Notes: generated from the sequence alone by a model not told the origin. Numbered from the stretch's first letter, positions 43,770 to 54,873 are shown. The stretch is DNA of 64,000 bases from Patescibacteria group bacterium (GCA_038064575.1 JBBTST010000001.1:35650-99649); one strand, 5' to 3'. Numbers and translations: made by a program.

Positions 43770-44849
43770 ATGCTTAAATTTGATATGAAAGTATTGTTAA
43801 AGACACTACCCATTTTTCTAATATTCACCGGTATATCTCTAACATTATGGTTTTTAGTAAAGCCAAAAGAATGGTATGAAACTGTAAACAACCCTATTGG
43901 TGAAAAAGCGGAAGTGCTTCCAAAAAATACAAATCCTCTTCAAATTGAACAACTGAGAAAACAAAGTTTTTTAGAAAGTGAGATTTTTATTGAAAAGGCT
44001 TTACCACAAGGATCAAACTACCTAAAATACTTAGTTTACTATAAATCGGAGGGATTAAAAATATACGCTCTATTAACAATCCCCATTGGTACTTCTCCAA
44101 AAGATGGCTGGCCAATTATTGTTTTTAATCATGGCTATATACCCCCCTCTCAGTATAAAACTACTGAAAGATACCTAACCTACACTGACGCTTTTTCCAG
44201 AAACGGTTATGTTCTTATTAAACCGGATTATAGAGGGCACGGGGAGTCTGAAGGTGCTGCTTCAGGTGGCTATGGGTCAAATGTATATACAATAGATGTG
44301 TTAAATGCAGTGTCTGCAACTAAAAAGCTTAAAGATTTACAGACCAACACTCATCTTATTGTAAACCCGGAAAGAATTGGCATGTGGGGACACTCAATGG
44401 GCGGTTTTATCACTCTTAGAAATATGGTAGTCAGAAAAGATATTAAAGCGGGCGTAATCTGGGCAGGAGTGGTAGCCTCTTATGAGGATTTGTTCTCAAA
44501 ATGGAGAAGACCCAATAACCCTTCAAACCCAACCCCTTCTACAAGGGGAGGAACTTGGAGACAAACTTTAGTGCAGGAATATGGTACTCCAAATGAAAAT
44601 CCCAACTTTTGGATGAGTATATCTGCCAATTCTTATTTAAAAGATATTTCTGGGCCTCTTCAGCTTCATCACGGTACAAAAGATAGCTCAGTACCTGTTG
44701 AATTTTCACAAACGTTAAAGGAACAAATGGAAAAAGTAGGTAAAGAAGTAGAACTATACATTTATGATGGAAATGATCACAATCTAAGCGCCAGTTTAGG
44801 AGTGGCTCTTGATAGGTCAGTCAAATTTTTTGACAAATATCTTAAATAA
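43770..44849 (+). CDS. alpha/beta hydrolase (S9 peptidase/dienelactone hydrolase-like)
   Basis: N-terminal TM. Triad Ser 'GMWGHSMGG', Asp 'HGTKDSSVP', His 'GNDHNL'. Confidence 0.7.
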   Translation: MLKFDMKVLLKTLPIFLIFTGISLTLWFLVKPKEWYETVNNPIGEKAEVLPKNTNPLQIEQLRKQSFLESEIFIEKALPQGSNYLKYLVYYKSEGLKIYALLTIPIGTSPKDGWPIIVFNHGYIPPSQYKTTERYLTYTDAFSRNGYVLIKPDYRGHGESEGAASGGYGSNVYTIDVLNAVSATKKLKDLQTNTHLIVNPERIGMWGHSMGGFITLRNMVVRKDIKAGVIWAGVVASYEDLFSKWRRPNNPSNPTPSTRGGTWRQTLVQEYGTPNENPNFWMSISANSYLKDISGPLQLHHGTKDSSVPVEFSQTLKEQMEKVGKEVELYIYDGNDHNLSASLGVALDRSVKFFDKYLK

Positions 44850-44874
44850 AATGAAGAATACTGGAACTAATTGC

Positions 44875-45162
44875 TTACAGTTGAGCATTTAAAAAGGGGA
44901 AATGCTCGTACACTTCTGCTCTAAATTTGTCTGCTAGACTGTTGGTAAAGCCACCAAATCCGGCCTTATAAGTCTTTCCGCAAAGCATGTTTTCATATTT
45001 CTGGACTAGCCTTAGAACCTGTCTTCTCAGTTCTTCAAATTTGACTTTGCATCCTTCATTGTTTGTATCCGCACTTAACTTTTCAAAAGAGTTTTTAAGT
45101 AGGTCAAATATTTCTTTATTATCATTAACCAATAGGTCATAGTATTGCTTGTGTTTAGTCAT
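44875..45162 (-). CDS. hypothetical protein (95 aa)
   Basis: ORF only. An 8-bp inverted repeat and a TATAAT lie at its start. Confidence 0.35.
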   Translation of the reverse strand: MTKHKQYYDLLVNDNKEIFDLLKNSFEKLSADTNNEGCKVKFEELRRQVLRLVQKYENMLCGKTYKAGFGGFTNSLADKFRAEVYEHFPFLNAQL

Positions 45163-45261
45163 GATTCAAAGATTATAACATTCGAATCTTTGCTATAATC
45201 CTTCAAGTTATATAAAACTTGATAAGCATGTTAAAAATCGATGGGACAAGATTAAAAAAAA

Positions 45262-46506
45262 TTAATCAATAAAACTTAAAGCAGTACCCTTTTTATTGGC
45301 TCTTCCTGTTCTTCCTATTCTATGTACATAATCCTCATACGTTTCAGGAAGATCATAGTTTATAACATGTGTGATATCAGATATATCAAGACCTCTTGAA
45401 GCCACATCCGTTGCTAGCATAATTTTAACTCTGTTTTGCTTAAATTCTTCCAGGGCTCTTTTTCTTTGATTTTGGTTTTTGTCTCCGTGTAGAGAAGCTA
45501 CTTTAAACCCTCTTTGAAGCAGCTCCTTGGCAAGTTTTTCAACACCCCATTTTGTTCTTCCAAACACCAATACCTTCTCAAAACCCTCTTTTATCAGTAA
45601 GTCATGCAAAACTTCAATTTTCTGTTGGCCATTGGTTTTTACTACATCCTGATCAACATTGTGAGCAGTCTCCTGTTTTTTAACGGAAATAATCATAGGG
45701 TCTCTTAAAAAAGAATGCATAACAACTTTAATGTCTTGTGATAACGTAGCAGAAAAAAATAACGATTGTCTTTCCACTGGCAACTGAGAGATTATAAACT
45801 TAATATCGTTTATAAAGCCCATATCAAGCATCCTATCAACCTCATCTAACACAATTGATCTGTAATTTGCAAAGTTAATTTCTCCTCTGTTTCTCAAGTC
45901 TTTAAGTCTTCCTGGAGTGCCAATTACAATTGAAGGGTTTCTTTTAAGTGAGGAGATCTGATTCCATATACTCATACCCCCAACACAAAGAGTTGAAAAT
46001 ATATACATCCCCCTGGTAAAAGCTATACATTCCTCCTGTATTTGGATGGCAAGCTCATGTGTTGGAGCAATAATTAGAATTTTTTCAGTTTTTGTTGTAA
46101 AAATTTTATTTATTAACGGAATTAAAAAAGCAGCAGTCTTGCCTGTGCCTGTATTTGCTACGCCAACAACATCTCTTCCACTAAGAAGTAGAGGTATAGC
46201 CTGGTCCTGAATAGGTGTTGGAATTTTGTAACCTTTTGCCAAAATACTGGACTTTAGTTTGTCACAAATTTCAAAGTCATTAAAAGTGTGTTTTGATATG
46301 TATTCTTCTTCCGGGGCTTGAAGTATGGCTCTTTTTACAAGCACAGATGGATCAAATTTAAAACCGGACTTCCTACCCCCAAATCTATTAGGTCTGCCAG
46401 AACGCCCAAAACTACCCAACCTTGTAGAGGTAAAACGCGCAGTTCTATTATAATTTTTCCGTTCACTGCTTCTTGAGGCAGCAAAACCTTGTGAGTGTCC
46501 AAACAT
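45262..46506 (-). CDS. DEAD-box (DEVD variant) ATP-dependent RNA helicase with N-terminal R/G-rich tail
   Basis: Q-motif 'TPIQDQAIP', motif I 'ANTGTGKTAAF', motif II 'VLDEVDRM', 'SAT' and motif VI 'HRIGRTGRANKKG'. Confidence 0.85.
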   Translation of the reverse strand: MFGHSQGFAASRSSERKNYNRTARFTSTRLGSFGRSGRPNRFGGRKSGFKFDPSVLVKRAILQAPEEEYISKHTFNDFEICDKLKSSILAKGYKIPTPIQDQAIPLLLSGRDVVGVANTGTGKTAAFLIPLINKIFTTKTEKILIIAPTHELAIQIQEECIAFTRGMYIFSTLCVGGMSIWNQISSLKRNPSIVIGTPGRLKDLRNRGEINFANYRSIVLDEVDRMLDMGFINDIKFIISQLPVERQSLFFSATLSQDIKVVMHSFLRDPMIISVKKQETAHNVDQDVVKTNGQQKIEVLHDLLIKEGFEKVLVFGRTKWGVEKLAKELLQRGFKVASLHGDKNQNQRKRALEEFKQNRVKIMLATDVASRGLDISDITHVINYDLPETYEDYVHRIGRTGRANKKGTALSFID

Positions 46507-46658
46507 ATTTGTATTTCTAAATTAAAGGAATAAGACTTTCTAAGATAAGAAGAACTATTACTTTAATCGAATCTATAAACTTTATGGAGTATACACTAAA
46601 GCAAAAATAAAGTCAACTAACTATAGGCCAATCTTTGCTTCTTAGCTTGCTGGATTAG

Positions 46659-47573
46659 CTATTTCTTTCTGAAAAATCTCCTCCTAACAGCTATAAATAG
46701 TATAAAAGCTGGGAGCCAAATTACAGAATAAACTCCCACCCATATGGCCTTTGAGATCAAATCAAAAAGAGTGCTAACAAGGCTTCTTACAGCAAGTTTA
46801 AACACAAGTTCCGGTCTGAATGCCCCGGGAGTTGTATAAGAAAGGGACAACTCATCTTCAGATAAACTCACATCAATTCTTGAAAACTTTGAAGAGTCGT
46901 CTAAATACTGCTGTTCCCCCTTTATGGCATCTATTTGGGTTTGAAGATTAAAAATTTCCTGTTGAACTCTAAGAATATCCTCAATCTTCTCAGCTTTTGC
47001 CATCACAGCTTCAAACCGGACCTTATTGGAAAGCAAAATAGTAAGTCTTGCTTCATTATCTTTAAACTGGTCTGTGATATCCTGCCCTGTAAGATTTTCT
47101 GAAACTATCTTAACTGACAAAGACTTAAAGTAGGTCAAAGCCTCAGCAAGCTTTTCCTTAGGAACTCTTACTGAAATGTTTCCACTGCCCCCCTCATCCG
47201 GTCTTCTTATGAAACTAGCTACCATATATCCATTAAGATCCTCCGCCTTAGACTTAATCTTTTGAACCGTGTCCCTTACACTTTTAACCACAAGTGACAT
47301 GGAAGCATCCTCAATGGTCATCCTGTTTGCTGTCTGAGCTATTGGTGGGGAGGACACAGTTGACCTTGAAAGCTGTGGTGTCCTAAGCGCATTCATACCG
47401 GTTACGCCAGCTGACTCAGAATAGTAATTACTATCCCCACCATAATCACCAACGAACCTATTGGCACCAAAAGTGCCACCCAAAATGCTTCTTACCACAA
47501 AGAACCCAATAACGGCCAGAAGAAAGGCGGAAAGTTTATTAGTTTTAACCCAATTGAGAAGACTCATTAACAC
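46659..47573 (-). CDS. hypothetical membrane protein (N- and C-terminal TM, central coiled coil; DUF4349-like architecture)
   Basis: Call from topology only. Confidence 0.4.
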   Translation of the reverse strand: MLMSLLNWVKTNKLSAFLLAVIGFFVVRSILGGTFGANRFVGDYGGDSNYYSESAGVTGMNALRTPQLSRSTVSSPPIAQTANRMTIEDASMSLVVKSVRDTVQKIKSKAEDLNGYMVASFIRRPDEGGSGNISVRVPKEKLAEALTYFKSLSVKIVSENLTGQDITDQFKDNEARLTILLSNKVRFEAVMAKAEKIEDILRVQQEIFNLQTQIDAIKGEQQYLDDSSKFSRIDVSLSEDELSLSYTTPGAFRPELVFKLAVRSLVSTLFDLISKAIWVGVYSVIWLPAFILFIAVRRRFFRKK

Positions 47574-47617
47574 TTACCAAATTCTAAATCTAGACTAATA
47601 CTTAAGTCAATAAGAGC

Positions 47618-48544
47618 TCACTTTTTAGTGCAAGCCTCTCTTCCAATGTCTGTTATATAAACCAGGTAATCATAAATCTCCTTGCCGTCAAAAAAAAGTA
47701 AATCACCTATAGGATAGGAACTTATAAACCTAAAACCATAATTCTTGTTTTTCTCAGTTAAGCTCTTACCACATAACCCATCACGTAGGCACAAAGCTGA
47801 ACTTGGTATTGCGGTAAATAAAAGAGAGAACTTCCGGGAGTCTTTTGTGGTCAGGATATAAGTTCCTCCAAAGATTCTAAGATCACCTTTTTCCAAGGTG
47901 TTGATCTTATAAGAGCCTTCAATAGTGTCTTTAAATTTTTTGTTAAAGCCTTCCAGTAAAGAAGCACTAATTGGACAGCTTGTCTCCTTGCTATTCTCTA
48001 AAGAAGACCCACTTGTATTTCTAGCAACATACGTCTTACTATCCCAACTCAAATAGTTTATTTCTCTAACACCAGTTTCAATAGAGCTAAATCTTTCAAT
48101 TTTAACTATGGGAGCAAAACTTTCATTGGCTTTTTCATGCCATGGGAAATCGTCAATTTTAATTTTTGTAACGCGCACTGAAGGATTATATTTGTCTCCT
48201 TTTACAAAGTAGCCTTCAACCCTCACATATTTTCTATTAAATAAAGGCAAATTAAGATTTGCATCTTCTAAAATATAAGCTGATCCAATACCTTCATCAT
48301 AAGCCTCAATTCCATAAAGTTTGTAGTATCTAAGATAATACAGTTTTGAAGTTTGGTCGTACTCTATAAAATACAAAGAAGTCTCCTCATCCAAAGGAAA
48401 TATTTCATCCTGAGAGGAAAGTTCCTTTCTGTCTATCCCCTCCTTTGCATCTGAGTTGCCTTCCTTTTTAGTTAGAGCACTTAGGTTTTTAAAGCCAAAC
48501 ACTAACAATAATAAAACAAAAAAAGTAAGTAAAAACTGCTTCAT
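47618..48544 (-). CDS. hypothetical secreted protein
   Basis: Signal peptide 'MKQFLLTFFVLLLLVFGFKNLSA' and several Cys. Confidence 0.45.
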   Translation of the reverse strand: MKQFLLTFFVLLLLVFGFKNLSALTKKEGNSDAKEGIDRKELSSQDEIFPLDEETSLYFIEYDQTSKLYYLRYYKLYGIEAYDEGIGSAYILEDANLNLPLFNRKYVRVEGYFVKGDKYNPSVRVTKIKIDDFPWHEKANESFAPIVKIERFSSIETGVREINYLSWDSKTYVARNTSGSSLENSKETSCPISASLLEGFNKKFKDTIEGSYKINTLEKGDLRIFGGTYILTTKDSRKFSLLFTAIPSSALCLRDGLCGKSLTEKNKNYGFRFISSYPIGDLLFFDGKEIYDYLVYITDIGREACTKK

Positions 48545-48621
48545 AGTAAACCTTCATTCATTATAAACAGATAAAAATTTTGTAAAAGGGCAATTACTCC
48601 AGATACTTAGCATAAGGTATA

Positions 48622-49434
48622 ATGACCAAAGTTATGGAAGCAGACAAAATAAAACAAATCAAAATAAATGTTCCAGCCCAACACAACCCACTTTTAAAGA
48701 AAGTGCTGGAAAAAATAAATGAGAGTGAAGAGGTTAAAACTTTGTGGACAGTAATCAACACAAATGCGCTAAGCCGGGATAAAATAACAGATCATGGCCA
48801 TATTCATTTTCAAATTGTTGCAAACATAGCACTTAAAATTTCACGAATTTTAAAGAAAAGGGGTTTACAACTTTCCATAGAGAATGATTATGGGCTCTCT
48901 TATGACCACGGGGAGATAGTAATTTTTCTTGCAAGTGTTTTGCATGATCTTGGAATGTCAGTAAGCAGAGAAGGACATGAAGAGTTCAGCCTCTTTATAG
49001 CAAATACTCTTTTAAGAGATCTGCTTTGTGATCTGCCTATGATAGAAAAAACAATAATAGTGTCAGATACTCTGCATGCCATAATCAGTCATAGAAAAGG
49101 CGGTACCCCAAAAACAATTGAAGCGGGGATTGTTAGGGTAGCCGATGCTTTAGATATGAGTGAGGGAAGATCAAGAATTCCATATGAAAAGGGTGACATA
49201 AACATTCATTCCATTTCAGCTGCAGCTATAGATAAGGTTGAAATAACTGAAGGAAATGAAAAACCAATTGAAATATTAATTTACATGAATAATTCTGCCG
49301 GGGTTTTTCAGGTGGACGATCTTCTGAATGGCAAGTTCAAGGGCTCAGGACTTGAAAATTATATGACTTTTAAAGCATCTATTTCAGGAGATCAGGAAAA
49401 AAACCTACTAGGAGAAGTAATTCACCAATTTTAA
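48622..49434 (+). CDS. HD-domain phosphohydrolase
   Basis: 'HGHIHFQIVANIALKI' and 'LASVLHDLGMS' form the H...HD...D pattern. Confidence 0.6.
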   Translation: MTKVMEADKIKQIKINVPAQHNPLLKKVLEKINESEEVKTLWTVINTNALSRDKITDHGHIHFQIVANIALKISRILKKRGLQLSIENDYGLSYDHGEIVIFLASVLHDLGMSVSREGHEEFSLFIANTLLRDLLCDLPMIEKTIIVSDTLHAIISHRKGGTPKTIEAGIVRVADALDMSEGRSRIPYEKGDINIHSISAAAIDKVEITEGNEKPIEILIYMNNSAGVFQVDDLLNGKFKGSGLENYMTFKASISGDQEKNLLGEVIHQF

Positions 49435-49478
49435 TGCAAAAGAGCTCATTATCAATCTGATATACTTAACCTTAATCT

Positions 49479-50219
49479 ATGATTCTCCTTTTAATTATCG
49501 CTGCAACCTCTCTAATAAGCCTAGCTTCTTTTATTGGTCTCATTTCATTAAGCCTTAAAGAAGAAAACCTTTCAAAGATTCTAGTTTTTATGGTTTCTTT
49601 ATCCGCTGGAACTTTGATGGGTGGGGCGTTTTTACATTTGCTTCCTGAAGCCTCTCGTGAGTTTTCCGTTGAACCTGTACTTTTAACAACCCTTATGTCT
49701 TTTGTTCTATTTTTGTCAATTGAAAAGGTGTTGCACTGGCACCATTGTCACAACGGACACTGTGATCAACATACCGGGGGTTATATGAATCTATTAGGAG
49801 ATGTACTCCATAATTTTTTGGATGGACTTGTTATTGCAGCCGCCTTTAATACGGACCTTAAGCTTGGCATTGTTACTACTTTGGCTGTTGCTCTTCATGA
49901 AATACCACAGGAAATTGGTGATTTTGGCGTACTGATTTTTTATGGATTTTCAAAAACCAAAGCTTTGCTCTTAAATTTTTTGGTGGCTTCTTCTTCAGTA
50001 CTCGGTGGCATGGTTGGCTATTTCTGGCTTACAGGAAGTTCTTATCTGAATGCTTTTTTTATTCCCCTTGCAGCAGGAGGATTTATTTATATAGCAGCTT
50101 CCGACTTGGTTCCTGAAATAAAAAAGGAAGATAACACACTTAGATCACTTTTATCCTTTTTAACCTTTCTATCAGGAATTGCAATCATGTATCTTATGAA
50201 GTTTTTTGTGGATGTTTAG
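49479..50219 (+). CDS. zupT: ZIP-family metal (Zn) transporter, ZupT-like
   Basis: 'ALHEIPQEIGDFGVL' with a His-rich loop 'HWHHCHNGHCDQH'. About 8 TM segments. Confidence 0.75.
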   Translation: MILLLIIAATSLISLASFIGLISLSLKEENLSKILVFMVSLSAGTLMGGAFLHLLPEASREFSVEPVLLTTLMSFVLFLSIEKVLHWHHCHNGHCDQHTGGYMNLLGDVLHNFLDGLVIAAAFNTDLKLGIVTTLAVALHEIPQEIGDFGVLIFYGFSKTKALLLNFLVASSSVLGGMVGYFWLTGSSYLNAFFIPLAAGGFIYIAASDLVPEIKKEDNTLRSLLSFLTFLSGIAIMYLMKFFVDV

Positions 50220-50275
50220 TTTTCCTCTTGACTAAAATATTTGAACGCATTAGTATATCCCCATACTAGGGATAT

Positions 50276-50545
50276 ATGTTTAGACCAAAAGATACACAAG
50301 AAAGACTAATTCACAGATTAAAAATCACTAAAGGACACCTGGAAAAAGTGATAAAAATGGTTGAAGCTCAGGAGTATTGCATTGATATAATACATCAATC
50401 TCAAGCCGTACAAAAAGCACTTAAAGAGTTTGATAACTTAATGCTTGAGAATCATCTTAAAACATGTGCCCTAAATCACATTAATGAAGGCAGACAGAAA
50501 GAGGCGATTGAAGAGGTTATGAAAGTTTTGAAGAAAGCCAAATGA
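50276..50545 (+). CDS. csoR: CsoR/RcnR-family metal-sensing transcriptional repressor
   Basis: 89 aa. Ligand pattern Cys in 'EYCIDIIHQ' and His-x3-Cys in 'NHLKTCA'. Located immediately upstream of a copper ATPase. Confidence 0.7.
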   Translation: MFRPKDTQERLIHRLKITKGHLEKVIKMVEAQEYCIDIIHQSQAVQKALKEFDNLMLENHLKTCALNHINEGRQKEAIEEVMKVLKKAK

Positions 50546-50904
50546 GTCTTGATAAACTACTGGTAACATTATTTAGCCTTGCAGGAATAATCTTTACTTA
50601 CATTTTCTTCATAAAGAAAAAGGGGAAAGCTGTGGAGGCTTTTGATTCTATAGACATTATTGTAGATGGGGGGTACTCCCCAAACATAATATCGGTTCAA
50701 AAAGGCAAACCAATTAAAATAAGTTTCTTTAGAAAAGACCCTTCAAATTGTTTAGAAGAAATAACACTTCCGGATTTCAAAATTAGAAAGTTTTTGCCCC
50801 TGAATGAGAAAACAATTATAGAAATTAACCCTGAACAAGTCGGTCAATTTGACTACTCCTGCGGAATGAATATGTTCCACGGAAAAATTATAGTTAAGGA
50901 ATAA
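50542..50904 (+). CDS. small membrane-anchored cupredoxin-like (Cupredoxin_1-type) putative copper-binding protein
   Basis: N-terminal TM, beta-rich, C-terminal 'DYSCGMNMFHGKIIV' (Cys/His/Met cluster). It overlaps the csoR stop by 4 nt. Confidence 0.5.
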   Translation: MSLDKLLVTLFSLAGIIFTYIFFIKKKGKAVEAFDSIDIIVDGGYSPNIISVQKGKPIKISFFRKDPSNCLEEITLPDFKIRKFLPLNEKTIIEINPEQVGQFDYSCGMNMFHGKIIVKE

Positions 50905-50907
50905 ATT

Positions 50908-53181
50908 ATGACTGAAACCAAAAAAACTATTTTAATTAAGGGGATGCACTGTGCTTCCTGCGTCAAAATCCTGGAAGACTCTTTGAGTGAGGTCAATGGG
51001 GTTAAAAAGGCCAATGTGAATCTTGCTACTAATAAGGCTACAGTAACCTATGACCCAGAAACAGTAACTGATGAAAAGCTTTGCCAAGCAGTTTCAGATG
51101 CCGGATATATGGCAAAACTTGATGAGGAAGATGACACTCAGGAAAAAAAAGAAAAGCTTAAAGAATTAAAAGCGTTAAAAACAAAAGTTATTGTCGGTTT
51201 GGTCCTTGGAGGGCTTATTTTATGGGGAAGTTTCCCAGGAATCATGAACTACTCTCCCATATTTCTTCAAAACTTTTTTGTTCAGCTTCTCCTGGCACTA
51301 CCAGTTCAATTTTGGGTCGGTCTTTCTTTTTATAAAGCTACACTCCCCGCGCTAAAACATAGAAGCGCAAATATGGACACCCTAGTTGCGTTGGGAACAT
51401 CCGTAGCATTTGGCTATTCGGCAGTAGTCACACTCTTTCCGCAAATTGTTGAGAGCGTTGGAATTGAACCTATGCCCTATTTTGATGTATCAACTATAAT
51501 AATTGCGCTCATTTTATTAGGTAGGTTTCTTGAGGCAAGGGCAAAACTTAAAACTTCTGATGCAATTAAAAATTTATTAAACTTGCAGGCAAAAACGGCA
51601 AGGGTTAAAAGAGATGGAAAAGAGATGGATATCCCTATAGAAGAAGTATTAGTTGGAGATTTAATAGTAGTAAGACCCGGAGAAAAGATTGCTGCAGATG
51701 GGGTTATTATTGAAGGCGAGTCCTCTATAGACGAATCCATGGTCACCGGAGAAAGTATTCCTGTAGATAAAATCCCAGGGGACAGCGTAATAGGAGCAAC
51801 CATTAATAAAACCGGAAGTTTTGTGTTTAGAGCCACTAAAATTGGCAAAGAAACAATGCTTTCACAAATTATTAAACTTGTTGAAGAGGCTCAGGGAAGT
51901 AAAGCCCCTATTCAAAGAATTGCCGATCTAATCTCATCATATTTTGTTCCAATTGTAATAATGCTGGCCTTTACAACTTTTGCCCTCTGGTACAATTTTG
52001 GCCCGGAACCTGCATTTTTATATGCTTTATTAAACACCGTTGCTGTTCTTATTATTGCGTGTCCTTGCGCCATGGGACTTGCAACACCAACTGCTATTAT
52101 GGTTGGGACAGGCAAGGGAGCAGAACACGGCATTTTGATCAAAGATGCCCAAAGCCTTGAAGTTGCTCACAAAATAAACACGATTATTTTTGATAAAACC
52201 GGAACTTTAACGGAGGGTAAACCAAAAGTAACCGATTTTCTTTTTATGGAAAACTTAGAAGAACTAAGAGAAGAATTTAATTGGCAGGTATCAAAAAACA
52301 TAAAATTGGAAGGATACATTTTAAACATTGTTTATTCAATTGAAAAAAAATCTGAACACTCATTGTCTGAAGCAATTGTTAAATACTCAGAGAGCAAGGG
52401 TGCAAATACTCTTGAAGTAAAAGGTTTTAGAGCCATACCGGGAAAGGGTTTGGGAGGCGTTGTAGATGGTAAAGATGTGCTTGTTGGCACAAAAGCATTT
52501 ATGGAACAGGAGCAAGTTATGAAATGCGCAGGCTTACTTGAGACATCTGACCACCTAGCACTTGAGGCAAAAACTTTAGCTTTTGTGAGCATTGATAAGA
52601 AAAATGTAGCTCTGATTGCAATTTCTGACACACTTAAAGAAACAGCTCCTCACACAGTTGATACTCTACAGCATATGGGTATAGAAGTAGCCATGATAAC
52701 TGGCGATAACAGAAAAACTGCGGAAGCTATGGCTAAAAAACTTGGCATTACAAGAGTTTTAGCAGAAGTATTACCGGCACAAAAAGAGGAAGAAGTAAGA
52801 AAGATTCAAAAAGAAGGAAAAATAGTTGCCATGGTTGGCGATGGGATAAATGATGCCCCCGCTCTTGCCGCGGCAGATGTAGGCATAGCTATGGGAACAG
52901 GAACAGATGTAGCAATTGAAGCCTCAGATATAACCTTAATAAGTAAAGATCTAAAATCAGTAGCAACGGCTATAGAACTTTCCAAAAAAACAATGAGAAC
53001 AATTAAATTGAATCTTTTTTGGGCATTTGGTTACAATATAATCCTTATACCTGTTGCTATGGGAATTTTATATCCATTTTTTAAAATTTTATTAAATCCT
53101 ATTTTTGCCTCAGCTGCCATGGCCCTAAGTTCCGTATCAGTTGTTTCAAATTCCCTTCTGTTAAAAAGATTTAAGATTTAA
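50908..53181 (+). CDS. copA: copper-translocating P1B-type ATPase
   Basis: HMA '[10 protein letters not shown]', 'TGE', TM6 '[10 protein letters not shown]', 'DKTGTLT' and '[11 protein letters not shown]'. Confidence 0.9.
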   Translation: MTETKKTILIKGMHCASCVKILEDSLSEVNGVKKANVNLATNKATVTYDPETVTDEKLCQAVSDAGYMAKLDEEDDTQEKKEKLKELKALKTKVIVGLVLGGLILWGSFPGIMNYSPIFLQNFFVQLLLALPVQFWVGLSFYKATLPALKHRSANMDTLVALGTSVAFGYSAVVTLFPQIVESVGIEPMPYFDVSTIIIALILLGRFLEARAKLKTSDAIKNLLNLQAKTARVKRDGKEMDIPIEEVLVGDLIVVRPGEKIAADGVIIEGESSIDESMVTGESIPVDKIPGDSVIGATINKTGSFVFRATKIGKETMLSQIIKLVEEAQGSKAPIQRIADLISSYFVPIVIMLAFTTFALWYNFGPEPAFLYALLNTVAVLIIACPCAMGLATPTAIMVGTGKGAEHGILIKDAQSLEVAHKINTIIFDKTGTLTEGKPKVTDFLFMENLEELREEFNWQVSKNIKLEGYILNIVYSIEKKSEHSLSEAIVKYSESKGANTLEVKGFRAIPGKGLGGVVDGKDVLVGTKAFMEQEQVMKCAGLLETSDHLALEAKTLAFVSIDKKNVALIAISDTLKETAPHTVDTLQHMGIEVAMITGDNRKTAEAMAKKLGITRVLAEVLPAQKEEEVRKIQKEGKIVAMVGDGINDAPALAAADVGIAMGTGTDVAIEASDITLISKDLKSVATAIELSKKTMRTIKLNLFWAFGYNIILIPVAMGILYPFFKILLNPIFASAAMALSSVSVVSNSLLLKRFKI

Positions 53182-53858
53182 ATCTTTCCTCTTTTAGCCC
53201 ATGTAAACTTAACTATTGTAAGCATTTCTAAGATTCCTAAAAACAGTAAAGCTGGATAAAAAATCAAAGAAGAAAGAGACAACTCCCTAAAACGCGACCC
53301 CAGCAAAAAAGCGTGCATGAGAATAAAAACTCCGGCTACATAGATTAGTCTGTGAAGTTTCTTCCAAATTCTAAAAGTCAGCTTCCCAACAGCATAATCA
53401 AAAGAAGTAAGTGCTAGTAAAAATAGAATAAATAAGGAAATGCCCCCAAAAGTAACAGTAACTACATAAGAAAGCGGACTCAAAGCCAAGCCTTTAAAAC
53501 CACCAACACTAAAATTAAAAGCATAAAAGGCGTGTACAAACCCAAAAATAAAAGCGGATACACCCAAAGCTCTTCTTGCCTGTAAAAGTTTAGCTCTATA
53601 GGAAATTTTAGGAAAAACTATAATCAGAGGTGATACAAGCAGTGACAAATATAGAAAACCTATTGAAATCAAAGCATTTATACTAATCATAAATTTAATA
53701 ATGTTACCCGGTTCTTTTATATTAAATTCCGAATAAAAAAGTAATGAGAAAATCAAGGAAAAAGAGAAAAACATTATGTAAAATCTGATGTTTTTGATCT
53801 GGTATTGGATTTGTAACTTAATAAGCTGTATCACTGACCTATTATACGTTGATGTCAA
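53178..53858 (-). CDS. ferric-reductase-like transmembrane domain protein (MsrQ/YedZ-like heme b membrane protein)
   Basis: 6 TM segments. '[20 protein letters not shown]' has an H-x13-H pair. '[10 protein letters not shown]' holds a further His. Confidence 0.5.
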   Translation of the reverse strand: MTSTYNRSVIQLIKLQIQYQIKNIRFYIMFFSFSLIFSLLFYSEFNIKEPGNIIKFMISINALISIGFLYLSLLVSPLIIVFPKISYRAKLLQARRALGVSAFIFGFVHAFYAFNFSVGGFKGLALSPLSYVVTVTFGGISLFILFLLALTSFDYAVGKLTFRIWKKLHRLIYVAGVFILMHAFLLGSRFRELSLSSLIFYPALLFLGILEMLTIVKFTWAKRGKI

Positions 53859-53886
53859 GTACCCAATTTTTTGATTAAATTAGACT

Positions 53887-54873
53887 ATGACAAGAATTCA
53901 GAAAATGTTATTTTTTCTTCTAACTGCCTTTCTACTTCTATTATTCTTATACAAACTAAATAGAAGCACTCAACAACCTTCTGTTTTAGAACAAAACAAA
54001 GATAGAAAAGTTTTGGTTGTCATATTTAATCCCAACATCTCAAATCAAAAACTTATAGCTGAAAAAAAGTGGAATGCTCCTTCCGACTTAATCAAAAAGT
54101 TTGTAGAGGATATAACTCTTGTAAGTAAAGGCAGACTCAACTATCAGGTAATAGAATTACTTGAAATAAACCAATTTCCAATCAAGGAGGATGGCTTTAA
54201 GTATTCTCAAAAGGTTTATTTGACTTGTTTATCAGATCCTAAAAAGTGTCATGAAAAAGACACTTTGGATTATAAAGTACTATTTGATCAATTTGAGGTT
54301 TGCAAAAAGGTGAACAGAAATGAACTGGACGAGGTTTGGCTTTTTGGTGGACCCTATTTTGGATTTTATGAATCAAGGCTTGCCGGTCCCAAAGCATTCT
54401 TTTATAACTCTCCTCCCCTATTAGCTACTAACTGCCAGAAACTGGTTCCAGTTATGGGCTTTAATTATGAAAGAAGCGTTTCAGAAATGTTGGAAAGTTT
54501 TGGGCATAGAGTGGAGTTCACACTAACAAAAGTCTTTGAAAATGCCAAGGTCAATGACTGGGAAAGATTTACAAGATATGATCAAAAGTTTCCGGGCAAA
54601 GCAGAATGCGGAACAGTCCATTTTGCACCTAATTCTACTAGGGATTATGATTGGTCAAATTCAAACTATGCTTTAAGTAATTGTGACTCCTGGTACAGTT
54701 TCCCAGAGGTCACACATAAACCTGAGCTGATTAACTGTCAAAAGTGGGGGTGCCAGGGATATGATTATAAAAAATACTGGCTGGCACTCATCCCCATAGC
54801 AGCAGGAGAAACAAAAGGAATTAAAAATGACTGGTGGTCTTATATCTCAAATCCTAATCTAATAGGAAAATAA
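53887..54873 (+). CDS. hypothetical secreted Cys-rich protein
   Basis: Signal peptide/TM and 10 Cys. Confidence 0.45.
   Translation: MTRIQKMLFFLLTAFLLLLFLYKLNRSTQQPSVLEQNKDRKVLVVIFNPNISNQKLIAEKKWNAPSDLIKKFVEDITLVSKGRLNYQVIELLEINQFPIKEDGFKYSQKVYLTCLSDPKKCHEKDTLDYKVLFDQFEVCKKVNRNELDEVWLFGGPYFGFYESRLAGPKAFFYNSPPLLATNCQKLVPVMGFNYERSVSEMLESFGHRVEFTLTKVFENAKVNDWERFTRYDQKFPGKAECGTVHFAPNSTRDYDWSNSNYALSNCDSWYSFPEVTHKPELINCQKWGCQGYDYKKYWLALIPIAAGETKGIKNDWWSYISNPNLIGK

Noticed and set aside
51477-52631. Minus-strand ORFs within copA.
   Set aside because: They are antisense to a P-type ATPase with every signature motif intact.
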